Source: Acidobacteriota bacterium
GTDB taxonomy: Bacteria; Acidobacteriota; Vicinamibacteria; Vicinamibacterales; JAKQTR01
NCBI GenBank assembly: GCA_026393675.1
Contig: JAPKZQ010000029.1
Coordinates: 6,108-70,107 of the forward strand
Length of the DNA stretch: 64,000 bases
Direction of reading: 5' to 3'
In this document: one piece after another, positions 36,230-47,064 of the stretch
Layout: each line of letters opens with the position of its first letter
How positions within the stretch are numbered: position 1 is the first letter of the stretch
Notes under the pieces: generated by a model
Told to the model about the DNA's origin: nothing
What the model saw: the letters and a program-made list of their open reading frames with translations, nothing else
Databases searched by the model: none
Program-made: the position numbers and the translations under genes

Positions 36230-38539
36230 TCAGCGCTTCGCTCCATTGCCGGGCTGGAGCCCGGCGATCCCAGGCTCGTCCAGTCCCCGACTTTCGACTC
36301 CCGAATTTCGCTTGCCACGCCGGCGCCCTTCGACAGGCTCAGGGCTTCGCTGTCGGCTTGGTTCGAGGGGCCGCTCCGGAAGCCGTCCTCTTACCTGCAC
36401 GGGCAGCGGCTCCTGCGCGTCCCTCCCTCTTTCGTGACGCTCCATTGCCTCCATCACCCGCTCCGGGGTCGCCGGCACCTGCCGGATGTCGATGCCGAGG
36501 CTACGAATCGCATTGACCACGGCCGGCGCGACTCCGTCAAATGGCATCTCGCCCACGCCTTTGGCTCCGTACGGCCCGTGCGCGTACGGCCGCTCCAGGA
36601 TGATGATATCCATCGGAGGCGTATCGAGCGTCGTCGGAATGATGTAGTTCGTCAACTGCGCATTGGCCATCGCGCCGTCGCGCATCACCACGTCCTCGAG
36701 CAGGGCGTAGCCGAGGCCCTGAGCCGTGCCGCCTTCGATCTGGCCCCGTACGCCCAGGGGGAAGATCGCCTTGCCGATCTCCTGCGCCGTGGTCACACGC
36801 GTCGGCCGCACTTCGAAGGTCACCGGATCGAGTTCGACTTCGACGACCTCGCACCCCCAGCCGAACGAGCCGTACGCGGAGCCGCGATAGTTCTCGTCAT
36901 CCCACACGAGCCCCGGCGGCGGTTCGTATTGTTTCGTGATGACGAGCCGGCCATGCGTGCGCCGGTACTGGCCGGGCGAGCGCGATCCCAGCCGCTCGCG
37001 CATCTCCTCCGCACACCGCTTCAGCAGTCCCCCGACGACCATCGTCGTTCGCGACGCGACCGTTGGTCCGCTATTCGGCACGAACGCCGTATCGGCGGCT
37101 TCGACCTCGACGCGGTCGAGCGGGATGCCCAGCGTGTCGGCCACGATCTGCGCGTGCACGGTGCGCTGCCCCTGGCCGATCTCGGTGCTCGCCACCAGGA
37201 TGCGCACGCCGTCGGTCGTGAGTTCCAGCGACGCCTTCGACGCGAGGTAGACCTCGCCGCTGCCCGTGAAGCCCGCGCCGTGGAAGAACAGCGACAGGCC
37301 GATGCCCCGATTGGTGCCGCGGAAGGCCCGGCGCTTCTTGTGGAAGTCGCTCCGCGCGACCGTCGCGCGCAGCACGTCGAGCGCGGCGGTATCCCGGCCG
37401 AGCCTCTGCCCGGTGGCCGTCACATCACCCGGTCTGAACGCGTTCTTCTCGCGCAGCCGGACCGGGTCCATCCCCAGCGCTTCCGCGATGCGCGCCATGT
37501 GGACCTCAACCGCAAACAGTGTCTGTGGCGCGCCGAATCCGCGGAACGCGCCGTTGGGTGGGGTGTTGGTCATCACCACGCGCCCGTCGACGCGGACGTG
37601 CTCGCATCGGTACGGGCCGGTCGCATGGATGCAGCCGCGCGACAACACGACGGGGCTCAGCGTGCAATAGGCCCCGCCGTCCATCACCACCGAGATGTCC
37701 ATGGCCACAAGCCGTCCATCGCGCATCACGCCGGTCCGGTGCCGCACGATGGACGGGTGGCGCTTGGTGGTGGCGAGCATGTCCTCCACGCGGTCGTAGA
37801 CGATCTTGACCGGCCGCCCCGCCTTGAGCGCGAGCAGGGCGGCATGGCCCGCGATGATCGACGGATAGTCTTCTTTTCCGCCGAAGCCGCCGCCGGTTTC
37901 GGCCTGCACCACGCGCACCTTGTCGGCTGGCAGATCGAGCAGCGTGCAGAGCGCCTTGTGCACGTAGTACGGGCATTGGAGCGATCCGTATAGCGTCACG
38001 CCACCGTCGCCGGGTACGGCGAGCATGCCGTTGGGCTCGATATACAGGTGCTCCTGGTGGCCGGTCCGGTACTCACCCTCGATGATCAGATCGGCGCGCG
38101 CGAACCCGTCGTCGAGCGAGCCCTTTTCGATCCGCACGTGCTTGAAGATGTGCGTGGACCTGTCGGCATCGAAGACCGGTGTCGCGGGGAGGTAGTCGAC
38201 CTCCACGTGTGCGCCATGGAGGCGCTCGGGATCCTCGTGTGCGATGAGCAGAATCGGTTCGGCCGCGTGGCGCACCAGGCGGCTCGCCAGGCACGGTTGA
38301 TCGTCGGTGATGAGCGACACCACATTACGACCCGGGATGTCGCCGGCGTCCACCACCGTGAACCCTGAGCGGTCGAAGCCGAACCTGATGCCGGTGATCT
38401 CGCCGCACGGGATGGAGGATCGAATCGTCCGGCCATAGAGCAGCCCGGGCCACGTGAGGTCGTCAACGTAGCGGGCCGTGCCTGCAGTCTTGCTGGCGGC
38501 GTCCTTTCGCGCCACGTTGCGTCCAACGTACCGGCTCAT
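36230..38539 (-). CDS. Xanthine dehydrogenase/aldehyde oxidoreductase-family molybdopterin-binding large subunit
   Basis: [15 protein letters not shown]-terminus and the Ald_Xan_dh_C / C2 layout. The active-site loop reads GPYRCEHVR, i.e. neither the form I CODH AYxCSFR nor the form II AYRGAGR motif. Confidence 0.9.
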   Translation of the reverse strand: MSRYVGRNVARKDAASKTAGTARYVDDLTWPGLLYGRTIRSSIPCGEITGIRFGFDRSGFTVVDAGDIPGRNVVSLITDDQPCLASRLVRHAAEPILLIAHEDPERLHGAHVEVDYLPATPVFDADRSTHIFKHVRIEKGSLDDGFARADLIIEGEYRTGHQEHLYIEPNGMLAVPGDGGVTLYGSLQCPYYVHKALCTLLDLPADKVRVVQAETGGGFGGKEDYPSIIAGHAALLALKAGRPVKIVYDRVEDMLATTKRHPSIVRHRTGVMRDGRLVAMDISVVMDGGAYCTLSPVVLSRGCIHATGPYRCEHVRVDGRVVMTNTPPNGAFRGFGAPQTLFAVEVHMARIAEALGMDPVRLREKNAFRPGDVTATGQRLGRDTAALDVLRATVARSDFHKKRRAFRGTNRGIGLSLFFHGAGFTGSGEVYLASKASLELTTDGVRILVASTEIGQGQRTVHAQIVADTLGIPLDRVEVEAADTAFVPNSGPTVASRTTMVVGGLLKRCAEEMRERLGSRSPGQYRRTHGRLVITKQYEPPPGLVWDDENYRGSAYGSFGWGCEVVEVELDPVTFEVRPTRVTTAQEIGKAIFPLGVRGQIEGGTAQGLGYALLEDVVMRDGAMANAQLTNYIIPTTLDTPPMDIIILERPYAHGPYGAKGVGEMPFDGVAPAVVNAIRSLGIDIRQVPATPERVMEAMERHERGRDAQEPLPVQVRGRLPERPLEPSRQRSPEPVEGRRRGKRNSGVESRGLDEPGIAGLQPGNGAKR

Positions 38540-38692
38540 TGGGGTCCTCCGAGGCTCCCCGATTATATCGTCGCGCATGCTAGAATGGCGGATTGGGCGA
38601 TCTCCAGGGCACCATACAGAGGGACTGTGGATCGGTGGGGGACCCGAATCCCTAATCCCCAACCCCTAATCCCGGACCCGGGATCACATCCT

Positions 38693-41554
38693 ATGAGCCA
38701 GCGCTGGATCTCCGTTCGCGGCGCGCGTGTCCACAACCTCAAGAACATCGACGTGGACATTCCGCGCAATCAACTCGTGGTCATCACGGGTCTGTCCGGA
38801 TCCGGAAAATCGTCTCTCGCCTTCGACACGTTGTACGCGGAAGGTCAACGCCGCTACGTCGAATCCCTCTCGGCCTACGCCCGCCAGTTCCTGGAGCAGA
38901 TGGAGAAACCGGACGTCGACTCGATCGACGGCCTCTCGCCCGCGCTCTCGATCGAGCAGAAGACGACCGGGTCGAACCCCCGTTCCACGGTCGGTACGGT
39001 CACCGAGATCTACGACTACCTCCGCCTGCTCTTCGCCAATATCGGCGTCGCCCACTGCCCGTTGTGCGACCGGGAAATCGCCTCGCAGACAGTCGACCAG
39101 ATCGTCGACCTGGTGATGACGTACCCGCACGAGACGCGGATCAGCGTGCTGGCTCCGGTGGTGCGAGGGCGGAAGGGCGAGTTCAAGAAAGAGCTGGCGG
39201 GATGGCGCCAGCACGGCTTTCTCAAGGCGCGCGTCGATGGCGCGCTCAAGGCGCTCGAAGACGACATCAGCCTCGACCGCCGCCGCAACCACTCCATCGA
39301 CATCGTGGTCGATCGCCTCATCGTGCGGCCGGGCATTGAGCGGCGTCTCATGGAATCTGTGGAGATCGCACTCGGCCTGGCTGGCGACGTGGTGGTGATC
39401 AACTCGCTCGACGAAGGCGATCGGCTCTTCTCCCGCAAGCTGGCCTGCGTGGTCTGCGGGCTCAGCATTCCGGAACTCTCGCCCCGCGCGTTCTCGTTCA
39501 ACTCGCCGCACGGTGGATGCCCCGATTGCCAGGGACTCGGCGCGCTGTGGGATTTCGACCCCGACCGCCTCGTGCCCGATCCCGCGCTCTCGCTCGCCGA
39601 TGGCGCGATTGCGCCCTGGGCGCGCGGTGACCGACGCCTGGTCGCCGAGGCCATCGCCGCGTTGGGCCGGAACTTCGACATCGACATCTCGGTGCCCTTT
39701 GGCCGCCTGCCGCGCAAGTCGCGTGATCTGCTGTTGTACGGTCCGTCGGCCGCGTCACGGGCGGGTTCGGCCATCGGCGCCAGGTCAGCAGGGAAGCCGT
39801 TGTCGGCCGCTGCCCGCGAACGCGATCCCTACGGCAAGGGATTTGAAGGCATCATCCCGAATCTCCGCAGGCGGTACGAAGATGCCACCTGGGTTGATCA
39901 GGTCGAGATGGAGCCCTACCGGGCCCTGCGCCCGTGCCGGAGCTGCCACGGCGAGCGCCTTCGTCCGGAGAGCCGGGCGGTGCGCGTCACGGGCCGGACG
40001 ATCTCGGAGTATGTCAATCTGCCGGTCACCGACGCGTTCACCGCGATGACCGACCTTCCGTTTACCGACCGGCAGGAGTTGGTGGCCGGACGCATCCGGC
40101 GCGAAATCGTCGATCGCCTGCGCTTTCTGGTGGACGTCGGCGTCGGGTACCTCACGCTCGGCCGCAGCGCGGCGACCCTGTCAGGAGGGGAGGCGCAGCG
40201 CATCCGGTTGGCGACGCAGATCGGCGCCAACCTCCGAGGCGTGCTTTATGTCCTCGACGAACCCTCCATCGGCCTGCACCAGCGAGACAACCGCCGGTTG
40301 CTGACGACACTCAAGCGGCTGCGCGACCTCGGCAACACCGTGATCGTCGTCGAGCACGACGAAGAGACCATCCGTAGCGCCGACTATGTGATTGACCTGG
40401 GCCCGGGCGCAGGCGAACACGGCGGGCACGTGATCTTCCAGGGTACGCCTAGCGCACTGCTCGCCGAAGACCGCAACTCGCTGACCGGGCAATACCTGCG
40501 CGGCGAGCGCGCCATCTCGGTGCCGGGCTCCCGGCGCCTGCCGCTGCGCGGCGACCTCGTGGTTCGCGGGGCCCGCGCCAACAACCTGAAGAACATCGAC
40601 GTGCGCATCCCGATCGGCATGCTGACCGCGGTCACCGGTGTGTCGGGGTCGGGCAAGTCCACGCTCGTCAACGATATCCTCTATCGGGCGCTGGCCCGCA
40701 CGCTCTACCGCGCCACCGACGAGCCCGGGACCCACGATGGCATCGACGGGATCGAACTGATCGACAAGGTCATCGAGATCGACCAGTCGCCGATCGGTCG
40801 CACGCCACGCTCCAATCCGGCCACCTATACCGGGCTGTTCACGTTTATACGCGACCTGTTCGCCTGGCTGCCCGAGGCCAAGGCTCACGGCTTCAAGCCC
40901 GGCCGCTTCTCCTTCAACGTCAAGGGCGGCCGCTGCGAGACGTGCCAGGGAGATGGCGTCATCGCCATCGAGATGCACTTTCTGCCGAATGTCTACGTGA
41001 CGTGCGAAGAGTGCAAGGGGCGCCGTTACAACCGCGAGACGCTCGACATCAAGTACCGCGGGCGCTCGATTGCCGAGATCCTCGATCTGACGGTTGACCA
41101 GGCGCTGCCGCTGCTCGAGCCGTTTCCCCCGATCGCCAACAAGCTCCGCACGCTTCAGGACGTGGGCCTGGGCTACATCAAGCTCGGCCAATCGGCGACG
41201 ACGCTCAGCGGCGGCGAGGCCCAACGCGTCAAGCTGTCGAAGGAACTCTCGCGGCGCGGCACCGGCCGCACCCTCTACATCCTCGACGAGCCGACGACGG
41301 GCCTGCACTTCGACGACGTGAAGAAGTTGCTGGACGTGGTGACCAAACTCGTGGACCAGGGCAATACCGTGGTGGTCATCGAGCACAACCTGGACGTGAT
41401 CAAGACCGCCGATCATCTGATCGACCTCGGACCCGAAGGCGGCGAGGCCGGGGGGCGCATCGTCGCCGAAGGGTCGCCCGAGGAGGTGGCCGCCATCGAG
41501 GCGTCCTACACTGGCCGCGTGCTGAGGGCCTTTCTTCTTGGCAAGGCCGGGTAG
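38693..41554 (+). CDS. uvrA: Excinuclease ABC subunit A
   Basis: [46 protein letters not shown]. Two ABC modules with Walker [10 protein letters not shown], zinc-finger cysteines and LSGGEAQR signature motifs. Trimmed from the ORF-track start to the ATG at 38693. Confidence 0.95.
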   Translation: MSQRWISVRGARVHNLKNIDVDIPRNQLVVITGLSGSGKSSLAFDTLYAEGQRRYVESLSAYARQFLEQMEKPDVDSIDGLSPALSIEQKTTGSNPRSTVGTVTEIYDYLRLLFANIGVAHCPLCDREIASQTVDQIVDLVMTYPHETRISVLAPVVRGRKGEFKKELAGWRQHGFLKARVDGALKALEDDISLDRRRNHSIDIVVDRLIVRPGIERRLMESVEIALGLAGDVVVINSLDEGDRLFSRKLACVVCGLSIPELSPRAFSFNSPHGGCPDCQGLGALWDFDPDRLVPDPALSLADGAIAPWARGDRRLVAEAIAALGRNFDIDISVPFGRLPRKSRDLLLYGPSAASRAGSAIGARSAGKPLSAAARERDPYGKGFEGIIPNLRRRYEDATWVDQVEMEPYRALRPCRSCHGERLRPESRAVRVTGRTISEYVNLPVTDAFTAMTDLPFTDRQELVAGRIRREIVDRLRFLVDVGVGYLTLGRSAATLSGGEAQRIRLATQIGANLRGVLYVLDEPSIGLHQRDNRRLLTTLKRLRDLGNTVIVVEHDEETIRSADYVIDLGPGAGEHGGHVIFQGTPSALLAEDRNSLTGQYLRGERAISVPGSRRLPLRGDLVVRGARANNLKNIDVRIPIGMLTAVTGVSGSGKSTLVNDILYRALARTLYRATDEPGTHDGIDGIELIDKVIEIDQSPIGRTPRSNPATYTGLFTFIRDLFAWLPEAKAHGFKPGRFSFNVKGGRCETCQGDGVIAIEMHFLPNVYVTCEECKGRRYNRETLDIKYRGRSIAEILDLTVDQALPLLEPFPPIANKLRTLQDVGLGYIKLGQSATTLSGGEAQRVKLSKELSRRGTGRTLYILDEPTTGLHFDDVKKLLDVVTKLVDQGNTVVVIEHNLDVIKTADHLIDLGPEGGEAGGRIVAEGSPEEVAAIEASYTGRVLRAFLLGKAG

Positions 41555-41616
41555 GATAACTACACTCGGCTTACGTACTCGCCCCCTCCGCATCGTGTAC
41601 GTCGTCAGACATCCAC

Positions 41617-43088
41617 ATGGCACAACACGTACGGTCGAATAATGGTGCAGGCACCCTGTGGGGTTTCTTGACAGCCGCGCGAGGAACGGCAGCGTGGCTG
41701 AAGCGATTCCTGACGCTATCGCTCACCCTTGTGGCGTTGGCCCTGATCTTCGGCGTGTACATCTACTATGACTGGGAAGCCCAGCGGATCCAGACCCAGA
41801 AGTACAACGAGATCGCCGCGATCGCCCGGATGAAGGTCGATCAGATTCTGAGATGGCGGCACGAACGGCTCGCCGATGTCCGCCGCACCGCTGAAAGTCC
41901 CACGCTGAGAGCCACCGCCGCCGAGTGGCTGCGCGACCCGGGCCAGCCTGTCCTCCGTGCCGAGTTGCTGGGCCGCCTGATCCTCGAGCGGGACACGGGC
42001 GAGTATGATGACGCAATCCTGGTCGATGCGGAGGCGCGCCTCCTGCTGTCTGCCCGGGCCGCGCCGGGGCCACTCAATGGGGCCGTCCGGCGGACCGTGG
42101 CCATGGCGCTCAAGAGTTCCGGCCCCGTGCTTGGCGATCTCTACCGTGTAGGTCACGGTCCGATCGGGATCGATACCGCTGAGGCGATGAGGGATTCGTC
42201 TGGCCGTGTGCTTGCCGTCATCATCCTGTCCAGCCCGGCCGCCGATTTCCTCTATCCGATGATCCAGAGCTGGCCGACGCCAAGCCAGAGCGCGGCCCGG
42301 ATGGGCGGCCCGTCCGGCTGTTCGGCACCGTCCAGGATGTGACCGAGCGCAAACAGCTTGAAGAGGTTTTGCGCAAGCGCAATGAAGAACTGGTTCGGTT
42401 CACCTACACCGTGTCGCACGATCTCAAGAGTCCGCTGGTGACCATCCGGACCTTTCTCGGCTTTCTCGATGAGGATCGCAAGCTGGCCGATCCCACCCGC
42501 GTCGAGAAGGACATCGGTTTCATCCGCCGCGCGGCCGACAAGATGACCGATCTGCTCGACGACCTGCTGGAACTCTCGCGCATCGGCCGGAAGATGAACC
42601 CGCCGGAAGATATCCCGCTGCAGACGCTGGTCGGGGAGGCGTTGGACATGGTCGCCGGGCGCATCACCCAGCGCCGCGTGATGGTCACCGTGACCGACGT
42701 CCCCGTCACCCTGCACGGCGATCGGCGCCGCCTGATCGAGGTCTTCGCGAACCTTCTCGACAACGCGGCCAAGTTCATGGGCGACCAGGCCGATCCCCGC
42801 GTGGAGGTCGGTATCGACGAGACGGGTGCCCAACCCGTACTGTTTGTGCGCGATAATGGGCTCGGCATCGACCCGCGCCACGCGTCGAAGCTGTTCGGGC
42901 TCTTCGAAAAACTCCACCCGGAAGCCGAAGGAACCGGCATCGGGCTTTCGCTCGTCAAGCGCATCGTGGAAGTCCACGGCGGCCGGATCTGGGCCGAGTC
43001 CGCCGGGCCCAGGCAGGGTTCGACATTCAGGTTTACGTTATCCGGAATCAAGCGGAATCAAGCGGTAGCACAGCAGGAGACCACGTGA
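41617..43088 (+). pseudogene. Sensor histidine kinase split into two frames (TM/sensor part 41617-42342; HisKA-HATPase part 42339-43088); probable frameshift/deletion or sequencing error
   Basis: ORF1 ends ...DFLYPMIQSWPTPSQSAARMGGPSGCSAPSRM*. The -1 frame over the same nucleotides reads ...PELADAKPERGPDGRPVRLFGTVQDVTERKQLEEVLRKRNEELVRF, a PAS-domain C-terminus plus HK linker, continuing into H-box TYTVSHDLKSPL and the HATPase. The two halves overlap at 42339-42342. Confidence 0.5.
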
Positions 43089-43552
43089 TGCTCAATGGCG
43101 GCCCCGTAAGGATACTGCTCGTTGAAGATGATCCTGCGCACGCGGAGATCGTCAAGCGCAACATGGCGGATTGCCGCATCGCCAACCAGCTCCACCACGT
43201 TGCGGATGGCCAGGCGGCGCTCGACTATCTGTACCAGGAGAACGGGTATGCCTCGGCCGACTCGGCGCCGCGGCCCGACTTGATCCTGCTCGATCTGCGC
43301 CTGCCGAAGGTGGATGGCCAGGAGGTGCTGCAGCGACTCAAGGCGGATGTTGACCTCAAGTCCATTCCGGTTGTGGTGCTGACGACGTCAAAGGCCGAAG
43401 TTGACCTGCTATCGGCCTACGATCATGGCGCGTCCAGCTACCTCGTCAAGCCCGTCGACTTCGACAAGTTCAAGCAGATGCTGGAAATATTCGGCTTCTA
43501 CTGGTTGATGTGGAACCAGTTTCCGCATCCCGAGGAACCGTCGAAGGCGTAA
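43085..43552 (+). CDS. Single-domain response regulator (CheY-like receiver)
   Basis: RILLVEDDPAHAEIV...DLILLDLRLPKVDGQEVL....VVVLTTSKAE....SSYLVKP. The start overlaps the upstream HK stop. Confidence 0.85.
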   Translation: MMLNGGPVRILLVEDDPAHAEIVKRNMADCRIANQLHHVADGQAALDYLYQENGYASADSAPRPDLILLDLRLPKVDGQEVLQRLKADVDLKSIPVVVLTTSKAEVDLLSAYDHGASSYLVKPVDFDKFKQMLEIFGFYWLMWNQFPHPEEPSKA

Positions 43553-43594
43553 CCCGAGGCTCGGCATGCCGTATCTCACACCTGGAGTGCGACG

Positions 43595-45901
43595 ATGACC
43601 GCCGACCAACTTCGTGTCCTGCTGGTTGAGGATGCGGAGCCCCACGTCGAGGCCGTCCGCCGCGCGTTCGAGAAGGCCGCGGTCACGGTCGATATTCGCG
43701 TCGCCTCGTCGCTGCGCGAGTACCGTGAGGCAGTGGCCGCCGGCGTCCCCGATGTCGCGCTGATGGATCTCAATCTGCCCGATGGCCGATCGATGGATCT
43801 GCTGACGTGGCCTCCCGAGGACGGGCTGTTTCCCATCGTCGTGATGACCAGTCAGGGCGACGAGGATACGGCGGTGGCCGCCATCAAGGCCGGGGCTCTC
43901 GACTATGTCGTGAAATCAGCCGAAGCGTTTGGCGACATGCCGCACACCGTGGATCGCGTGCTGCGGGAGTGGCAACTGCGCGTCGATCGCAGGCGGGCAG
44001 TCGACGAGCTGCGCAACCGTGTGGCGCGCTATCGCGCCGTGACCGAGACGGCGGCCGACGGCTTCTTGACGATCGATTCCAGCGGGCGTGTCGTCGACGT
44101 CAATGAGGCCTACATCCGCAGGTCGGGGTACAGTCGGGAGGAGCTCCTGGCGATGCGGATCAACGACCTCAAGGCCAGGGAGTCGGTCGACCAGACGGCC
44201 GCCCGTCTCGAAAAGATCGCGCGCGAGGGCAGCGGCATCTTCGAGACGCTGCATCGAGCGAAAGACGGGACCGTCTGGCAGGTCGAGGTCGACGTGTCGT
44301 ACTGGCCGATCGACGGTGGACTCTATTTCGGGTTCCATCGCGACGTCACCGAACGGAACAAGGCGGAGGAGTCGCTGCGGCGTTCGCGGCAGTGGATGGA
44401 TCTGCACGTGCAGAACACGCCGCTGGCCGTCATCGAGTGGGATGTTGATTTCAAGGTGCTCGAATGGAACCCGGCCGCCGAGCAGATCTTCGGCTACACG
44501 CGCGCCGAGGCCGTCGGCCGGTATTACAGCTTTATCGTGCCGGATTCGGCCAGGCCTGCCGTCAACGGGACCGGCGTCGAGTTGATCGAGAACCGGGGAG
44601 GCTCCCGCTCGACCAACGAGAACATTACCAGGGCCGGCAAGATCATCATGTGCGAGTGGTTCAACACCACCCTGGTTGATGGCCATGGCAAGACGATGGG
44701 CGTGGCGTCGCTCGTGCAGGACATCACAGCGCGACGATCGCTCGAGGCGCAGTTGCGCGAGTCGCAGAAGCTCGAAGCCGTCGGTCAGTTGGCGGGCGGC
44801 GTCGCCCACGATTACAACAACATCCTGGCGGCGACGGTGATGACGCTGGGCCTGCTCGAGGAACGGACCGATCTCAGTGCGGATGTGCGGCAGGCCATCG
44901 CGGACCTGAACGGGCTGGCCGATCGCGCCGTGAACCTCACGCGCCAACTGCTGCTGTTCAGCCGCCGATCGCCGCTCAACGTGCGCACCCTCAATCTGAA
45001 CCAGGTGCTGACCGATCTCCACAAGATGCTGCACCGCCTGATTGGCGAGCACATTCACTTCGAGTTCACCGGTGATCCCGGACTGCCGTCGATCCAGGCC
45101 GACAGGGGCATGATCGAGCAGATCGCCACCAACCTGTGCGTCAACGCCCGTGATGCGATGCCCAAGAGCGGGCGGTTGGTGGTGCGCACGTCCGTCGTGG
45201 AGGTGGATCCCGCGCGCGCCAGGACCCATCCGGATGCCCGCGTCGGGCGATTCGTGTGTCTGTCGGTGAGCGACAGCGGAAGCGGCATGTCTCCGGATCT
45301 CGTGAGCAGGATCTTCGAACCGTTCTTCACGACTAAGGAGAAGGGCAAGGAAACGGGCCTCGGATTGTCCACCGTGTTCGGCATCGCAAAACAGCACAAC
45401 GGGTGGGTCGAGGTGGAAAGCACCCAAGGCGTTGGGTCGACATTCCGGGTGTTGCTGCCAGCCGACACGGCCGCTGTCGCGGAGGTTGACCAGGCGAGAG
45501 CCGGGCCGGCCAAGGGTGGCCACGAGGTCATCCTGCTGGTCGAAGACGAACTCTCTGTCCGGAACACCATCACCCTGGTCCTGAAGCGCCATGGCTATCG
45601 GGTGCTGCAGGCCGGCGATGGTCGGGAAGCCCAGCAGGTGTGGCAGGCGTGCGGCGGGCGCGTGGACGTGCTCCATACCGACATGATCATGCCCGGCGGG
45701 ATGACGGGCCTGGAGCTGGCCCTGCTCCTGAAGTCGAAGCAGCCCGATCTCAAAGTGGTGATTTCGAGCGGGTACAGTGACGAACTGGCGGGACCGGCAT
45801 CCTCGGCGAACCCGGAGTTCCAGTACCTGCCCAAACCGGTTCCGACCCACGAACTGCTGGCTGCCATCCGAACCAGTCTGGACGGCACCAAGCCCCTGTA
45901 A
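43595..45901 (+). CDS. Hybrid sensor histidine kinase: N-terminal REC, two PAS, HisKA, HATPase, C-terminal REC
   Basis: N-terminal REC (LRVLLVEDAEPH...DVALMDLNLPDG). PAS repeats ending in DVTERNKAEE and DITARRSLEAQL. H-box VAHDYNNILAA; HATPase (DSGSGMSP, GLGLSTVFGI); C-terminal REC (VILLVEDELSVR....DVLHTDMIMPG). Confidence 0.85.
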   Translation: MTADQLRVLLVEDAEPHVEAVRRAFEKAAVTVDIRVASSLREYREAVAAGVPDVALMDLNLPDGRSMDLLTWPPEDGLFPIVVMTSQGDEDTAVAAIKAGALDYVVKSAEAFGDMPHTVDRVLREWQLRVDRRRAVDELRNRVARYRAVTETAADGFLTIDSSGRVVDVNEAYIRRSGYSREELLAMRINDLKARESVDQTAARLEKIAREGSGIFETLHRAKDGTVWQVEVDVSYWPIDGGLYFGFHRDVTERNKAEESLRRSRQWMDLHVQNTPLAVIEWDVDFKVLEWNPAAEQIFGYTRAEAVGRYYSFIVPDSARPAVNGTGVELIENRGGSRSTNENITRAGKIIMCEWFNTTLVDGHGKTMGVASLVQDITARRSLEAQLRESQKLEAVGQLAGGVAHDYNNILAATVMTLGLLEERTDLSADVRQAIADLNGLADRAVNLTRQLLLFSRRSPLNVRTLNLNQVLTDLHKMLHRLIGEHIHFEFTGDPGLPSIQADRGMIEQIATNLCVNARDAMPKSGRLVVRTSVVEVDPARARTHPDARVGRFVCLSVSDSGSGMSPDLVSRIFEPFFTTKEKGKETGLGLSTVFGIAKQHNGWVEVESTQGVGSTFRVLLPADTAAVAEVDQARAGPAKGGHEVILLVEDELSVRNTITLVLKRHGYRVLQAGDGREAQQVWQACGGRVDVLHTDMIMPGGMTGLELALLLKSKQPDLKVVISSGYSDELAGPASSANPEFQYLPKPVPTHELLAAIRTSLDGTKPL

Positions 45902-46021
45902 CCCGGGCGGCCGCCGATCCCATTCACGTTATCCGGCGCGGTGCCGATTGCCTCTGCAGACGCGGCGTGTCGTCAGGCCGCCAGCGTCCCCGCGCGGCTG
46001 GCGACAGCAGGGAGGGGATCG

Positions 46022-46267
46022 GTGATTGCCGTAACGCGCCTCGACGGCCAGAAGCTGTTTGTCAATGCCGACCTTATCGAGAGCATTGAACAGACGCCCG
46101 ACACGATCATCTCCTTCACGAGCGGGCACAAAATGCTCGTCCGCGATCATCCTGAAGAGCTGGCCCGCCGTGTGATTGAGTACAGGCGGGCGACGCTGGC
46201 GCCGCTGGCCGAACAACCCGAACCACCAGCCCAGCTCGGTCCGGCGACCACGGCGGAGCGATCATGA
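46022..46267 (+). CDS. flbD: Flagellar protein FlbD
   Basis: VIAVTRLDGQKLFVNADLIESIEQTPDTIISFTSGHKMLVRDHPEEL matches the FlbD pattern (I.LTRLNG..F.LNA.LIE.IE.TPDT.I.L..G.K..V.E). GTG start with a GGAGGGG RBS; lies directly upstream of motA. Confidence 0.6.
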   Translation: MIAVTRLDGQKLFVNADLIESIEQTPDTIISFTSGHKMLVRDHPEELARRVIEYRRATLAPLAEQPEPPAQLGPATTAERS

Positions 46268-47064
46268 GCCACGACAAAGGCGTGCGCATCGACGTGTCGT
46301 CGTTTATCGGCGTCCCGCTGGCCATTGGTCTGATCCTGATCGGTCAATGGTACGAGGGCGGCTCGGTTCTCTCGTTGCTGCAACCGACGGCCGCCATGAT
46401 TGTGTTTGGCGGGACCTTTGGCGCCGTCATGCTGAGCTTCTCGAGAAACGACATCATTCGGGCCTTCGGTGCGCTGAGGACGGTGTTTCTCTGGGATGGG
46501 GAGGCGCCGTCGAAGACGATTGATACGATTCTCCAATACGCCTATCGTGCACGGAAAGACGGCATCCTGTCGCTCGACTCGGACCTGGACAAGATCACGG
46601 ACCCCTTTCTCGAGAAGGCCATCCACCAGCTCGTCGATTCCAACAGCCCGCAGACCCTGCGTGACGTGCTCGAAATCGAGAGCCGCGGTCGGGAGGATTA
46701 CGACGAGATTCCCGCCAAGGTCTACGAGGCGGCCGGCGGCTATGCGCCGACCATCGGCATTCTGGGGGCCGTGATTGGCCTGATCCAGGTGATGCAGCAC
46801 CTGACGGATCCGACCAAGCTCGGCCAGGGCATTGCCGTGGCCTTCGTCGCGACGGTGTACGGGGTGGGATCGGCGAACCTGTTCTTTCTGCCGGCGGCGA
46901 CCAAGTTGAAGATGAAGGCCCGGCACGAGGCGCGGCGCCGCGAACTGACGCTCGAAGGTGTCCTCGCGATCCAGGAGGGCCTGTTCCCCCGGATGATCCA
47001 GGAAAAACTCTACGGCTTTGCCGCCCAGATCGCGCCCAAACAAGAGAAACCACATCGTGCATAG
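46264..47064 (+). CDS. motA: Flagellar motor stator protein MotA (MotA/TolQ/ExbB proton channel family)
   Basis: Four TM segments with conserved MotA C-terminal TM3/TM4 (IGILGAVIGLIQVMQHL...GIAVAFVATVYGVGSANLFFLP). Confidence 0.85.
   Translation: MSHDKGVRIDVSSFIGVPLAIGLILIGQWYEGGSVLSLLQPTAAMIVFGGTFGAVMLSFSRNDIIRAFGALRTVFLWDGEAPSKTIDTILQYAYRARKDGILSLDSDLDKITDPFLEKAIHQLVDSNSPQTLRDVLEIESRGREDYDEIPAKVYEAAGGYAPTIGILGAVIGLIQVMQHLTDPTKLGQGIAVAFVATVYGVGSANLFFLPAATKLKMKARHEARRRELTLEGVLAIQEGLFPRMIQEKLYGFAAQIAPKQEKPHRA

Noticed and set aside
36434-37993. 519-aa plus-strand ORF
   Set aside because: It is antisense to the xanthine-dehydrogenase large subunit, which has strong family motifs; the composition is artefactual.
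38643-38690. Possible tandem repeat / CRISPR-like spacing (CCCTAATCC twice)
   Set aside because: There are only two short copies separated by 8 bp and no repeat-spacer periodicity. I treated it as a promoter-region curiosity, not a CRISPR array.
40181-41623. 480-aa minus-strand ORF (and 38684-39511)
   Set aside because: It is antisense to uvrA, whose frame is unambiguous.
43916-45850. 644-aa minus-strand ORF
   Set aside because: It is antisense to the hybrid histidine kinase and has no recognisable domains.
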